In this document: piece after piece, positions 50,380 through 62,788 of the stretch
Numbering within the stretch: position 1 is the first letter of the stretch
Layout: each line of letters opens with the position of its first letter
DNA from: Vicugna vicugna
Taxonomy: Eukaryota
Assembly: GCA_013265495.1 (NCBI GenBank)
Contig: MU062062.1
Coordinates: forward strand, 281,651-345,650
Direction: 5' to 3'
Length of the DNA: 64,000 nt
Program-made: the position numbers and the translations under genes
Notes under the pieces: model-generated
What the model saw: only the letters and a program-made list of their open reading frames with translations
Databases searched by the model: none
What the model was told of the DNA's origin: nothing

Positions 50380-53300
50380 TTCCCAGCACAGTATAGTGGT
50401 TAGTTTTGCATGCATTTGAAATTTAAAAAATTAAATCATGCAGTATTTCGCCCTTTGTAGCTCACTTTTTAAAAATCCCATATTGTCTTTGGGGAAGTCA
50501 CTCTCCCTGGTGCCTGTGCGCAGGGCACCCGCGTCGTGGTGTCCGCTGCAGAACTTTAACACAACTCACCTGTTCACTTTTTCAGTTAGTGGATGTTTAG
50601 CTTGTTTTCAGTTCTGTTGCTCTTACACAAAGAAAGCTGGAATGCTCTTTCTCACATGTGTGCAGGTTATCTCTATGAGACATCACGGAAGCATGAACCT
50701 CATTTCTCTAAGCACATCTCTAAGTTCAGCAGGAAACCCAACATCGCTCCCTGAAGTCGCTGTGCCAATTTACACTCCCAGCGGTGAGCGAGACCTGAGC
50801 CTGTCAGGGTTTAACTCCCGCCCAGCTGCTTGTGCTACTATAGTTCACTGGGATGGTATCTGCATTTTACTGACGATTAATGAGTCTGAGCATTTTGCAA
50901 AATGTCTGTCTCCTTTCCTGTAAAATTCCTATTTGGTCCTTTAAATATATTGTATTCTGCTTGAATTTTTTTTTCTAAAAGTTAAAAAATTCATCCTTCA
51001 TGGTCATACCTTTAAGACGTCTAAAGTATGTTTTTTGACATGGCGTCAGGGAGATGCGTCGTGTCTCTCACGTTACACAAGCCGCGATGAGCGCGTGGCC
51101 GGGCCGCGCAGGCTCCCCCAGGCGCCCTCGGCCGCCCCGGCCGGGCTCCTGCTCGCTGCTCCCCCGTGGCGCGCGGCTCCGGTCCTGAGCTCTCCCCCTC
51201 GGTACCGCCCTCGGCCAGTTCTCGGTACCTGCCGAAGGGAGACTCCCTGCCGCCGCCCCCACCTAGGCCTCCTTCACAAACGTGTTAGATATTTCAGGCC
51301 CTCTGTTTTTTCATATAAATTAACACACAGATTGTACAATGCACGAAACGGTGGCTGGAATGTTGGTAGAATTACGTCCTCTCGAGGGGACAGTTTGGAG
51401 AGAACTGAAATGTTTATGGGATTGAATTTGTATAAGATCGCGACATAACTCTCCACGTGTTAGATACTTCCAAGGATTTTTTGAATTAAAAATAATTGTA
51501 CAGTATTCTCCATAATTATGTCACACATCTTTTAAAACAATTCACTTCTAGATACCAAATACATTTAGATTTTCCTAAAAAACTGTATCCTTGAAAATCT
51601 CACTGTGTGTTGTTTGTTGATGACATTTTGTGTTGTTTATTTCTGTGTCTTAAAACACTGCTGATGTGTCTTATTACTGCCAACTCTGCGCTTGTGTTTG
51701 GGGACAAAACTACCATGTAATTCGTAAACAATAGCATATGTGGATCTTCTTTTTTAATCCCTGTAATTCTCGTATTTCTAATCACACTGCAGTCACTACC
51801 AAGTCCAGAACAACGGTGCACAGGAAAGCAAACACCCTTGTTTTAGGCACAGACAACCTGACTGACTGTAAGGAAGTGTTTACATTTCGCCCTGAAGCAG
51901 GAGGGTGGTTTTGGGTTTTTTGTGAATAACGTCTACTGGATTTAAGAGGCCCCCTTCTCGTCTTGATTTGCTAATGTTTTTATCCCGAGTGACTGTTCAG
52001 TGTTATCACGTACTTTCCCTGCATTAATAAGGTGTCACTTGGCTTGTTTCTGTTCACTTGTTGTGGTCAAGTTACATTAATTATTTTCCTTATGTTAAAA
52101 AAAAAACGTGCAGAGGGTGATCCTATGTTGTTTTTTGTCGTACTTATGAGATTGGACACCAACTTGCCTCACTCCCTCTGCATTTTTCTGGCTGTGACAG
52201 TAAGGCATCGTTTGTCTTATAAAATACTTTAGGAATATTTCCTCTCTTCATATTTTCAGGAAAGATCTCTGTAACAGGGATTCGATTTTCTGTGTGTTTG
52301 GTAGATTTCACAAAGCTCTCTGAGGTGTTACTTTTGTGATGGAAATGTTGTGCATTACTGAGTTAATTTATTTAACGATACAGGGTTACCTATGCTTTTA
52401 CTTCCCGAGGCAGCACTTGTCAGAATGACTTGGGGTAGCTAATTGTTTGCATTTTTATGTTTTTATAAACACTCTCTAACTGGATTTTTTGTGTTTTGCA
52501 CGATGCAGATCTTCACATTTATTTTAGGTGTGCCTTTTACGAAGAGCCTGTGGCTGGATGTTTTTAAAGGAGCCTGACAGCCTTTGCTTTTAACTGGATA
52601 ACTTAGCTCTTTCCCGTTTACGGCGTTCACTGTGTATCCAGGCTGATTTCTACCATCTCATTCCTGCTTTTCCTACTTTTTGCTTTTCTTCTTGCAGCCA
52701 TTGTGTCGATTGGCTGAGGAGTTTATCCCTACTTTTTTCTCTACCCTTAAAATATTATACATTCAAATATCTCTTTGTTTAAGGTTATCACAGAAATTTT
52801 AACACGTGCATTTTACTTAAGAAGTCAAAATTTGAACACTATTAATACCACACTCTCAAATCATTCAAGAACCTTAAATTACTTTAACTCTAATCAGCTC
52901 TTTCAACTCACATAGGATGTTTTCAAATAGCTTGGTTGAATTCTAGTGTCACAGATTAGACACTGATTTACTCCTTGGGGCTCACAATGCATTTTTCAAG
53001 TGTTTACACACATTCTTCACTTCTTTGCTCACCACACCTCCTGTATTTACAGTGTCCATCTGGAATCAGTTTGCTTTCTGCTAAACGTTTCTACAATGAG
53101 AGTTCATGGGTGATAAACTCTCAGGTTTTGTTTGAGAGAAATCATACTTATTTTGTTCCCATTCTTGTGTCCACTGAGCCGAAAATTCCAGGTGGACAGC
53201 TACTTTTTCCTCAGCATTTTGTAGAGACCGTCCTGCCGCCTTCTGGCCTCCGCTGTAACTGATGGGATGTCCTCACCCCGTGTAACTGCCGTTCCTCTGT

Positions 53301-53900
53301 GGGCAACGTGTCTTTCATGTTATTTATTCTGCTGCATAAAATATCCCCTCTGCCTTTGTGCTGCGTGGTTTGCCTACAAGATTTACAGGCAGGGGGCTCG
53401 CTGGGCTCACCAGATCACGTTTTCAAGGTGTCCTGCCGTTGTCTCTTTGAACCCGTCTCTTCCTCCTGTTCTTCGTGCTCCTTCTCAAGGCCAAGTTGAT
53501 GCATGTTAGACATTCGCGGCCTGTCTGTGCGTTTCTGCCCCCGCCTTTTTTATTTTTTTTTAAATACTTGCTCCTTTTCCATTTTTTGGGCCTACAGTCA
53601 GAGAATTCTTTTTTTTTCCCAGATATACTGACTAAGTTCACTAAGTTTTTGTTTGTTTAGATTTCCACATGTACTTGGTCTTAAAGTCAGTCACTATATT
53701 CAGTGTCTAATCTCAATTATTTTTCTATTTGTAGAATTTCTGCAGGTCCTTTTTCAAGCCTGTGTTACCCTCTTAGCAGCCTTTTACACTTTGTATTTTT
53801 TCTACATTTCCATACTTTCTAAACTCATTTCTCTTGTATATTTATGTTGGAAAATTAAAATATTTTCATGCTTGGAGTCTGACACTTTGTATTTCTCCGC
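50380..53900 (-). mobile_element. Long, heavily degraded antisense L1M (several fragments)
   Basis: gttgatggat-like ttagtggatgtttagcttgttttcagtt, tgcattttactgacgattaatgagtctgagcattttg, aatttgtataagatc and tttggtagatttcacaaag are antisense L1 ORF2 motifs. Confidence 0.65.
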
Positions 53901-54409
53901 AGAGCTTTAGGGCACCTTCCTCAGGAGAGGCTGCTGGCTGCTGGTCACTTCTCCCAGGTGCCTGCACAATGCACACAGTTCTAACCCCGGACTATTTTAC
54001 GTTAAAGTCACATGTTCTTGTGACGGAGATGACGGCCCTGGGGAGCAGGAGTGAGGGGACGGGGTGTGAAGCCCCAGGCTGTCGACACCCCGCCCATGCC
54101 CGCCCTGTGCCTGCTCCCAGCCAGGCTCTGGTGATGCTGACACAAGCCTCCCCTGGTCTAGGGCTCCCCCGTCTCCTGGACTCCGTGCTGCCTCGTCGTT
54201 GAGGGGCTTCTGAAGACGTCCTACTTCCTGCCAGCTATGCGATGAGTTCAGAGGGGTTTTTAAAAATATAATCTAGCACATTTATTTTTCCAAGTAAGTC
54301 TCTCTCCCTCCCCTCCCCCTCGTGTGCCACTTCCCCTCCCATTCTCCACCCTCCTCTCCGTTCCTCCCCATTCTCACCCTTTCATGTGCACATACACTAT
54401 ATATACATC

Positions 54410-54550
54410 TATTGCTATATTATTTTAGTATTTTACATTTTAATTTTTATAAATTAAATTTTATATTTTATATTTTAATACTTTATATTATTTTTATATA
54501 TATATTTATAATATATTATAGATTAAAATTTTATATTTTAATACTTTAAG
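54410..54550. repeat. AT-rich low-complexity block
   Basis: About 140 bp almost entirely A/T with repeated aaattttatattttaatacttta units. Confidence 0.85.
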
Positions 54551-57049
54551 TACTTTTTCAGAAAGTCTCAGTGACCCTTCCATCATGATAAATTCAGCAC
54601 TTTTCAATAAAACTCAGTAGCACCTTTTATTAAATAATCTTAAATATGATTTTTTGCAGGCAGATGGTTATTGTTTTAAATTATTTGCACATTATATGCA
54701 TATGGATTTCATATTTCTTCCCTTATCCATCTTCCAAGAGTAACCCTTTCCCATGTTACGCGAACACTCCGAGATCTTGTCAGCTGCTGTGAGATCAGAT
54801 TATTATTTCACATGAAGCTCAGGTCAGAATCCTCTAGGAACTCTGTTCTAGATTTAAGGCATGTTCTGTGTCATCAACACTGTTGTAGACACTCTCCTGC
54901 GCTTGTTTCTCCACATACACCTAATACGACCTCACAGTTTCTCTAAAGTACTTATGAATTCTGGAGTGTATTGATATAAACCTTCCACGTGTTTTTTTAA
55001 GTTAGTGACACATTCCAAACATGCCAAAAAGTGCAGAAAACAGGATCAGACATGCTATGTACCCCCCACGGAGATGAAAAAGTCACCAACAGTTTGCCCT
55101 ACTTTGCTTCCACCTTCTCCCTCTCTCTCTGTCCCTCTGAGTTTTTACATCTGTGCATCTTTCTTAAGAAATGAAACTGAGCAGCTTCACATGATCCTTT
55201 AACGCCCCACTGCCGTTCAGCACTAACCGCTGTGCGGAATTATGTATTTTTACCCTTCCTATATTTGTGTCTGTGCTTCTCGCACCTAGGAAAGCATCCC
55301 TAAATGACATATACTGCAGAGATTTTTAAACTTTATGAGCATCTTATTCTTGTAAAGAATTGTGTGTGTGTGTGCTGCCTCATCTGCGTTCTTCTAGGAT
55401 CAAGAAAGCCAGTAATAGTGAGCTTGCTAAGACGTGGGGTCACCGCCTTGCTGACTTTCTTGGCATTAGAAGGAGGGGATGCAAAGAAAGACAGCTGCAG
55501 GGCACGTGCTGAGATGGGGCTGCTCGCTTCCAAAGTCTTCCTTCCAGAGTCTCTCTTGTCCGAGACTCTTTTGTCCTTTTTTTTTTTTTTTGTAGGTTTC
55601 CCTACTTTTTCAATAGTCCTCGTCCCTGCTGGGCCTTAATTCTGCTTACTGTCCAAACCCACCATTGAAGCCTCTCATGACTCCAAGAGCCTCCTCCTCC
55701 AAGGGCTCCAAGTTCTAAATTATATTTCGTCTCTTACCACAAAAAGCAAAGTTAAATAAATGAATTATTTGGTCCTGTGTAAGTAACTTGATCAGCCTAA
55801 AAGTTTATTCAAACTGTTTCCGACTTTTGGTAACTTCAGTGACCGCTTATCATTAAAATATATCAGAAGTACATTCTTGCTGACTTCTAACTATGGGAAC
55901 CCGTGAAAGAGAGTCACCAAGATGCGCGCTGGCCCCTCCAGGGCCAGGAAGGGCACCACCCCAAGCGCCCTGAAAGATAACAAGTGCTGCGGAAGTGCCG
56001 GCACTCTGTGTGAGGAGTGGGCCCCGGCGGTAAGCGCGGGCCCGGGGAATCTGCGCTTGGGGCCCACGAGACGAGATCAACGGGAAGCGAGGTCGAGACC
56101 GAGCGGGAGGCGTTGCTGGTGGTGAGGAGTTGCTGGCGAAGGGAACACGCGCCTCAGGTAACTCCGAGACACAGTGAGCACTGCACAGAGGGCAGTCAGC
56201 CGCTGTGGGGACAAGCAGGCTTGAGACGATTCCTGCTTTCAGACACAGACCGGGATACAACGCACCTCGCGTTTGGCCGGCGCTGACAAGGACACAGTGC
56301 GGTTCCCACAAAAGGCTGATCACCCACGTCATGAGAAGCTGACCTGTTTCTCCCTCTGGGCTAGGACAGAAGCGGATGACGGGCGCACAGTCCACTTGTA
56401 CATGCCTTCTCCGTTACAGTTTGCTTTTCATTGCAGTAGCAGGGTTTCCTCTGTTTCCAAGTTAAGGCGCCCCGTCCCATCTAATTTCCTGTTCATGGAT
56501 TACAACCTCCCCTCCCGTCCCAAAAGCACAGTATTCTGGAATTAACAGTCCAATCCAGTGAAGAGGAAAGTTCCATGCCCTCAAAATGCAGTCAAACTGT
56601 GCTTGAAGAGTTATATCAAAACACAGACCACAAACTCGTGTTTCTACATCACTGGCCTAGTAAAATTCATGAACTGGGGTAATGCAGGCAAACCCCTTTG
56701 GCCTCCTGTTGGCCCTTTGCACACACACAGTCACAGAAATAATGGCTGCTTGTTCTAGTGCGAGATACACGTCAGATTAATAAGATGGACTGAATTCTTG
56801 AGCATCTGGGCTAACAGAGCTGGCACTGCTAGCTCTCAGATGGCACAGAGAGGGGAAGCCTACATGTGTCATCTTCTCCACCAGCGACGGGGAACATGAC
56901 CGCAACTCACTGTCTCACTGGCCTGGTGCACAGCACGGGAGTAACACTGGTTCCTTCCTCCTTGGCTGTGGGGAGACCCTCCCCAGATCAACGTGTCGAG
57001 GACTGAACCACGGCAGTCGGAGGCCACAGAGCGCGTTCTTAATTTTCTT

Positions 57050-57135
57050 CTCTGTAGAGCTCATCACGAGAGTAATAGTTTAGTGTTCCTAAGAACTGTG
57101 TCCAGCATTAAGTAAGCTCCAAAAAATCTTTGTTG
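57050..57135 (+). mobile_element. MIR 3' remnant
   Basis: cctaagaactgtgtccagcattaagtaagctccaaaaaatctttgttgt resembles the MIR 3' end. Confidence 0.4.
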
Positions 57136-60100
57136 TAATTGCTAACTCTTTTTAATGTGACAGCATCTGGTGTTCCTCAAATCCATGCTCCTTTAAAAAT
57201 TGGATAGTGCAGAGAATTAACAAAAGTAGGGCAAAGCCCACTGCCTTAATTTGAGATGCCCAGAAACAGAGCCTGAGGCAGTGGTTTTAGTGTAACCCAA
57301 GATGCGAGTTGTCCTTTATTCACTGGGGTCATCCCTTCCTTTCCATTCCTTGGGAAATGGAGGCAAGACACCACTTCATTTTGGATTGTCTTCCATCACG
57401 TATCCTGCAGGTGGGACAGGAACGCGACAGCAGACAGAGTGCTTGCTACCTACAGGGTACCTCCTCAGACAGAGAAGGTGCACACGTCATTGAGAATTTA
57501 AAGCTGTAATTTGCCTGGAAGGTGTACAGTTCACAGAATGGGGACCTCCTAAGCGTGACAGCCAGCACAGCGAGAATACACTGCCGACACAGGCGAACGC
57601 TGGTGTGCCGGGCACAGGGTGTGGGCACCTCCGTGCAGCACCACACTCACTCCCACGCTGGCAGGAGGTCCACGTGGGAGCACAGGTTGAGAGACCTGAA
57701 TCCTGTCAGTGGTGGAACGGGAGTTTGCAGGAGAGCCAGGGCTCCCAGCCGGGGCTCCCAGTCACTGCTCGGCGCCCCAGTTCCTCCCCCCCCACCCGGA
57801 GCGCCACAGCGGGGCTGTCCGCCCTCCGAGTAGCAGCTCCCCGCGGGCCGGCCTCGCCTCTGCCCGGCTCCTGCCTGCATCGCCCTGCGGAGCAGCAGAC
57901 ACGAGTAAGACGCAGAGCAGACACGTCAGCTCACCATTCATAGCGCAGAGCTGCTCACTGCCAACTGTGTTTCTGCCCAAAGAGAAAAGCCAGGGTCCGT
58001 TTCAGTGGCCATGAACGTTTAGACCTCCCTGCAAAACTGCCTCGGCCACCGGCAGGCACGCTGTAGTTTGGATTGCCATGTTTTGTCAGTGTGAACTGGG
58101 GCTGAGCCTCCAAGTTGCAAGTCCATTCTAATCACAGGCAATATAGTTTGGTTCTAAATAAATGACCAGTTTTAGATTTGAAATGTTCGTTCCATTTCCC
58201 AGGGCGTTTCATTGTCCTGGACAGCTCGGTGTTTATGGTAACCCAGACCTCCTCTGTGTGGGGACTCCCACCGAGCAGGAGGCTTTGATCGAAGGTGTTT
58301 CACGGGAGACACACGCGCACACGCACACACGCACACGGCGTGGGCCCACGTTGCCCGCAGAACCTGTGAAGCGCTCCTCCATCACCTACGGTGTTGGTGT
58401 TATTTCCAGTCGTTTCCAGTGAAAGCTGCTGGAAGAAATGGCGCAGCAGGAGGAATGCTACGCTGTCCAGACCCCAAAGAATTGCCTCAGGCTGGTGCTC
58501 CTGATCCTCCAGGTTTCCGAGGGGGCGAACTGTGCGCAACTGCGACGATCCAGGACAAACATGAATTTCCAAAGAAAAGAGAAGCGGCTGAGGGAGGGGT
58601 GGGGATGGAAGGAGGGGAGGGGAGAGCTGCGAGCACAGGCTGGAGTTTGTTTTAGTCATAGGAGCAAGCCAGAGGCCTGCCAGCACTTACACAGCTTCCC
58701 CCTCGTTTTGTTGGAAATCTCTGTGACTAAATTTGGCGGTTAAGAGTCAGTATGTAGATAACAAAGCAAATGAGATTTCAAAGTGAAACCTGATCTGGGC
58801 AGAGGACTCGGAAGGGAATTAGAGGTCGCTTTTGGTACCGCAGCCGAGAGGGATCTGTTTACAGAAGCAGCCGTTGAGAGCGGAGAACTTTCTATTAATA
58901 TCTACAACCATTACCTAACAGATCAGCTATTTTGGTTTCCAACAGCAGCTCCTAAATTTATCCATATATTAAATATTTTCCTTGGAGTGCATGATGTAAG
59001 TCCAAAAATACCGCAGTGTTGATGGGAGGTTTAATGAATACAGTTGGACGCTGGTGAAATTCTCCTTACTAGACGCTGGAAGCATTTCTTCCACGTTTCT
59101 CGAGCAGCTGTTTCTCATTTAGAGAGTCATCTCTTTTTTGGGCTCTCCCCACCTTCCCCTAGAAACCCCAGCCGTGGACAGCAGTGCGGGGTTTCTCTCT
59201 CTCGTGGGCAGTGGCAGAGAGCAGCTGGGCCGGGCGCTACAGCAGGTGGGAGGGAGTCGTGCCACGGGAGACCTCGGCCGTCGGCAGCACAGAGGAGACC
59301 TGGAGGATGGGAGGCCCCGCTGGAGGGACCGTCGGATCTGAGACAGGAAACTCGGCTGTGGCCAGGGAGCTCCTGCAACCAGAGTAGAATTGGACTGTTT
59401 TTTATAAAAGGGTTTTATCTTTTTGTTCTAGACATTTTCTCCCTCCAAAGAGTCAGCAAGAGAAAAGAATAGAGAAGGAAGGGGAGAGGTGACTGGGGGC
59501 TGAGAATTCGGGGATGAGCGTGAAGAGGGTGATGGGGGAGCAGGACACAGGGGAAATAGGGCTAGTGGAAACAAAAGCGGTTCCCTGCTATATCCTGTCT
59601 GCCCTGGCGGGGAGCAGGGTCTTGGTGCTGTGATGTCTGGTGCCCACCTGCTGGCCTGAACCACGTATGTCTCTGAGTATCTACCAAGATTTGCACCACA
59701 CATGCCCAAGGCCCCTGCAGCTGGCTGCTGGGAGGCTGAGGTCACCCCGGCTGTGCTTCGGGGCTTGCCCTGTGCTTCCCCTTATCTCTGGGCCTCAGTC
59801 AGGGCCCCATGACGGCAGAGCCCCATCCGTCTTGTTCAGCGCTGCTGCCAGGGTCCGCACAGTGCCTGTCACCGAGTACGCACTTACTGAGCCTAGTGGA
59901 GCAGGTAATTCCATAACCCCACGAATTAGAAAGCGAATTACTCAGTTTTCTGTGACTGGCAGAGGATGCACCTCCCCCAGAATGCTGTAGGCCCTCTGGC
60001 CACCTGGGGTCCCCGGCTGGGGCCTGCACACGAGACAGGCAAGAGAAAAACAAGCCAAAGGTGCGGCCCCACTAGCACGTGTGGCGCTTATGCTCACAGG

Positions 60101-61159
60101 ACACTCGGGAGTGGGTAACTCAAAGGGGCGGCTAGAACCCGGGCTTATAGAGCATCTTAACAAAAGAAAACACACTTGCAGAAACACAGCAAGACAAAGG
60201 AAAAGGACTTTGTGTTTCCAGGGTCCATTCTATGAGGGCGAACGTACTGAAGGCCGGCCGGTCAGGCCTGCTGTGTGGGTCTCTCTGCCGCAGGCCCCGG
60301 GCTGAGCAGGGCCCACAGGTGTCCTGGCGGTTGGCTTCTGTCCTGCCTGGTAGAGAGGGGAGGGGACACTGTCACAGGGCATGAGCTCTTCACTCTTGTC
60401 TGCCCGGACTTCTCTGCTCCGATATGCATTCATCTTCACAGCAAACACTTAGAGAAACCCAGTCCTCAAACAGTCCAAGACCCATGAAGTCGCGGCTCCT
60501 GCAGAGGCGCTCTAGCCAGCTGAGAAAGACGTGGAGACACGGAAGAATGGTAACGCAGAGTGCAGTCCAGCAGCCAAAGAGTGGACAAGGCTTTTACCTT
60601 TGTGGCTCTTTCCTATCATCATGATTTGTGCAAAAACCATGTAGAGGCTAATCTGAAAACACACAGACTTGTCAGAGCCCCAGTATCACCATGTCCGTCT
60701 TCCCCAGGGCTGTTCCTTCTGAAACCGTGTGCACCTGTTCCACAGGCAAGAAACGTGAGCAGGCTCAGAGACCGGAACAGCCACCTGGGTGGGGCTTTGT
60801 TTAAGTCACTCTTGGCCTCAGTTTTCTAGCCAAGAAAGCACCTCCCACTCCTGACTTAACTTCCTTTCCTCTCCGTCTGCCTGTGCACAGGCACTGAAAT
60901 AGGAGGGTGCAGATGGGAGCTCCTGGGCTGTCCCTGCGACACAGGTCAGGAGACAGCTCTCTGAACAGTGAACGAAGGGGAGGTGTTCAGTTCAGTAGAG
61001 CAAGTCGACATACGCATGTACATTCAGAGATAATTTATATGATGCCTGCACAACAGCCCCACGACATTTCACAAGATTAAAGCAGAGAAAGAAAAAAGAG
61101 AAAATAGTAAGAAAACTCAGCCCTCTCGGTCACAACCGTCAAGTCCAACAGAGCTAAAA

Positions 61160-61430
61160 CCGCAAACAAGCGGGCCGGCGGCGGTCGAGCCGCCCGTGTA
61201 GATGACCGCGCTTGTTGCCTGGCCGGCAGGTTTGAAGTCACTTTTAAATGTGTCGAGTCCGAGCCACACAGCTCTTTGGGGAAAGAGTGCAGCGGCTGGG
61301 GCAATGCTAGCGGCTGCAAGCAGCTTACACGCAGAGCCACGGGCGGCACCGCGTGGCGAGGCCTGGCCCCTTCCCGGGGGCTGCGCGGAAGTGGGTGCTG
61401 CTGGCGGGCGGGTGGGCGGCTCTGGCTCTC
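61160..61430. promoter_or_regulatory. Small CpG-rich patch (enhancer- or promoter-like)
   Basis: Cluster of CpG and GC boxes: gcgggccggcggcggtcgagccgccc, gcgcggaagtg, ggcgggcgggtgggcgg. Confidence 0.45.
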
Positions 61431-62459
61431 CTCCAGGTGGTGATTCAGAGACCTGGGTCCTCACACCTTACGGCTCCACCCACATGCAGACTGTCATGGG
61501 CGTGTCCATCGAGGGGGTGACGGGGGAGGTGGCCTTGAGGGTTGTGCACGTAAGAGCTTCATTTTCAAGACAGAGAGCACAGAAGGGGTGTGCATCGCTG
61601 ATGGTCACATTCGACTGGCTGCTGATTTGTCACATGACCACAAGGAAGCCTGAGACATGGTCCTGCCGTTCTCCGGGAAGAAGAGGAGATGGGAGATGGG
61701 TGAACAGACAGCTGGCCTCTGGCACTAGAAACGCCAGCCCACCAGTAGCAGTTGTGTCTATTAAAAAATGTGTTGATGAAAATAAGTGAGCTAGGGAATA
61801 AACATCGGTCACACATCTTAAACTCCTTTGAAGGAGACTCCTTGTGAGTGTAGAAAGTCGTGTTAACCTACTCACATTTTCAAAACTTCCCCAACCTTGT
61901 GACAATATCACTTATAAATATAAGAAATAAGAAGATATGCTTTTTCCTTTGTGTGGTGATACAATCTTATGATTCTGTGCAAGGAGCGACTTCAAGAAGT
62001 AGATGCAGTTAATGACCACTTACTGTCAGCAGGAATTGTTCAGTATCAATTATGCTGAAACAACATTGTCATTTTTCAACAGACACTTTTTAGTATTGGG
62101 GAAAAATCCATTAAACTCCATTCATAGGTTAAATCATTTAGTTAGCTTAATTGGACTTTATAGATAACATCCTATTAATTTCACTGAGATTCAGCAATAT
62201 TCATTTATTGACTAAAAAAAATATATTTATTGAGACCCAGTGAAGTGTCAGGGAATATACTAAACCCAGAGTTTGTATACTAAATACACTAAACACAAAG
62301 TTTATGCCTGAAGTGTGTGCTCTTTTATAGAAATGCATTTTGCTATTTATCTGCTATTTATCTGCTTCCTTGTTTCATGCTAGAGCTGGGAGACTCCTCT
62401 CTTCAAGGGAATTCAGAGCCAGTGAACACATTTAATGTTTTATGGTCTATGTGATGAGG

Positions 62460-62788
62460 TGCTGCAGACTGAATGCCTGTGTCCCCAAAACCCGGATGCT
62501 GAAGCCTAGCCTCTAATGGGACAGTACTTGGAGGTGGGCCCCGTGGGACGTAATTAGGGTAAGGTAAGGTCGTGATAAGATTAATGGCCTTATAAGAAAA
62601 GGAAGAGATGCCCAAGCTCTCTCTTTGCCACATAACAACCCAGTGAGGAGGCAGAAGACAGGAAGAGGGCTCTTACCAGGTACCAAGCCCGCTGGCACCA
62701 GGATCTTGGACGTCAGAAATAAACGACTGTTGTTTAAGCTCCCAATCTATGTTTTTTTGTTGTTGTTACAGCAGCCTGATCCAAGATA
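62460..62788 (+). mobile_element. ERVL-MaLR LTR (MLT1A-like)
   Basis: Starts tgctgcagactgaatgcctgtgtccccaaaacc; contains ttggaggtgggcc, attaatggccttataagaaaagg and agaaataaacgactgttgtttaagc; ends ttacagcagcctgatccaagata. Confidence 0.85.

Noticed and set aside
61202-61789. 195-aa ORF
   Set aside because: Overlaps a CpG patch, has an equally open antisense ORF and no domain signature.
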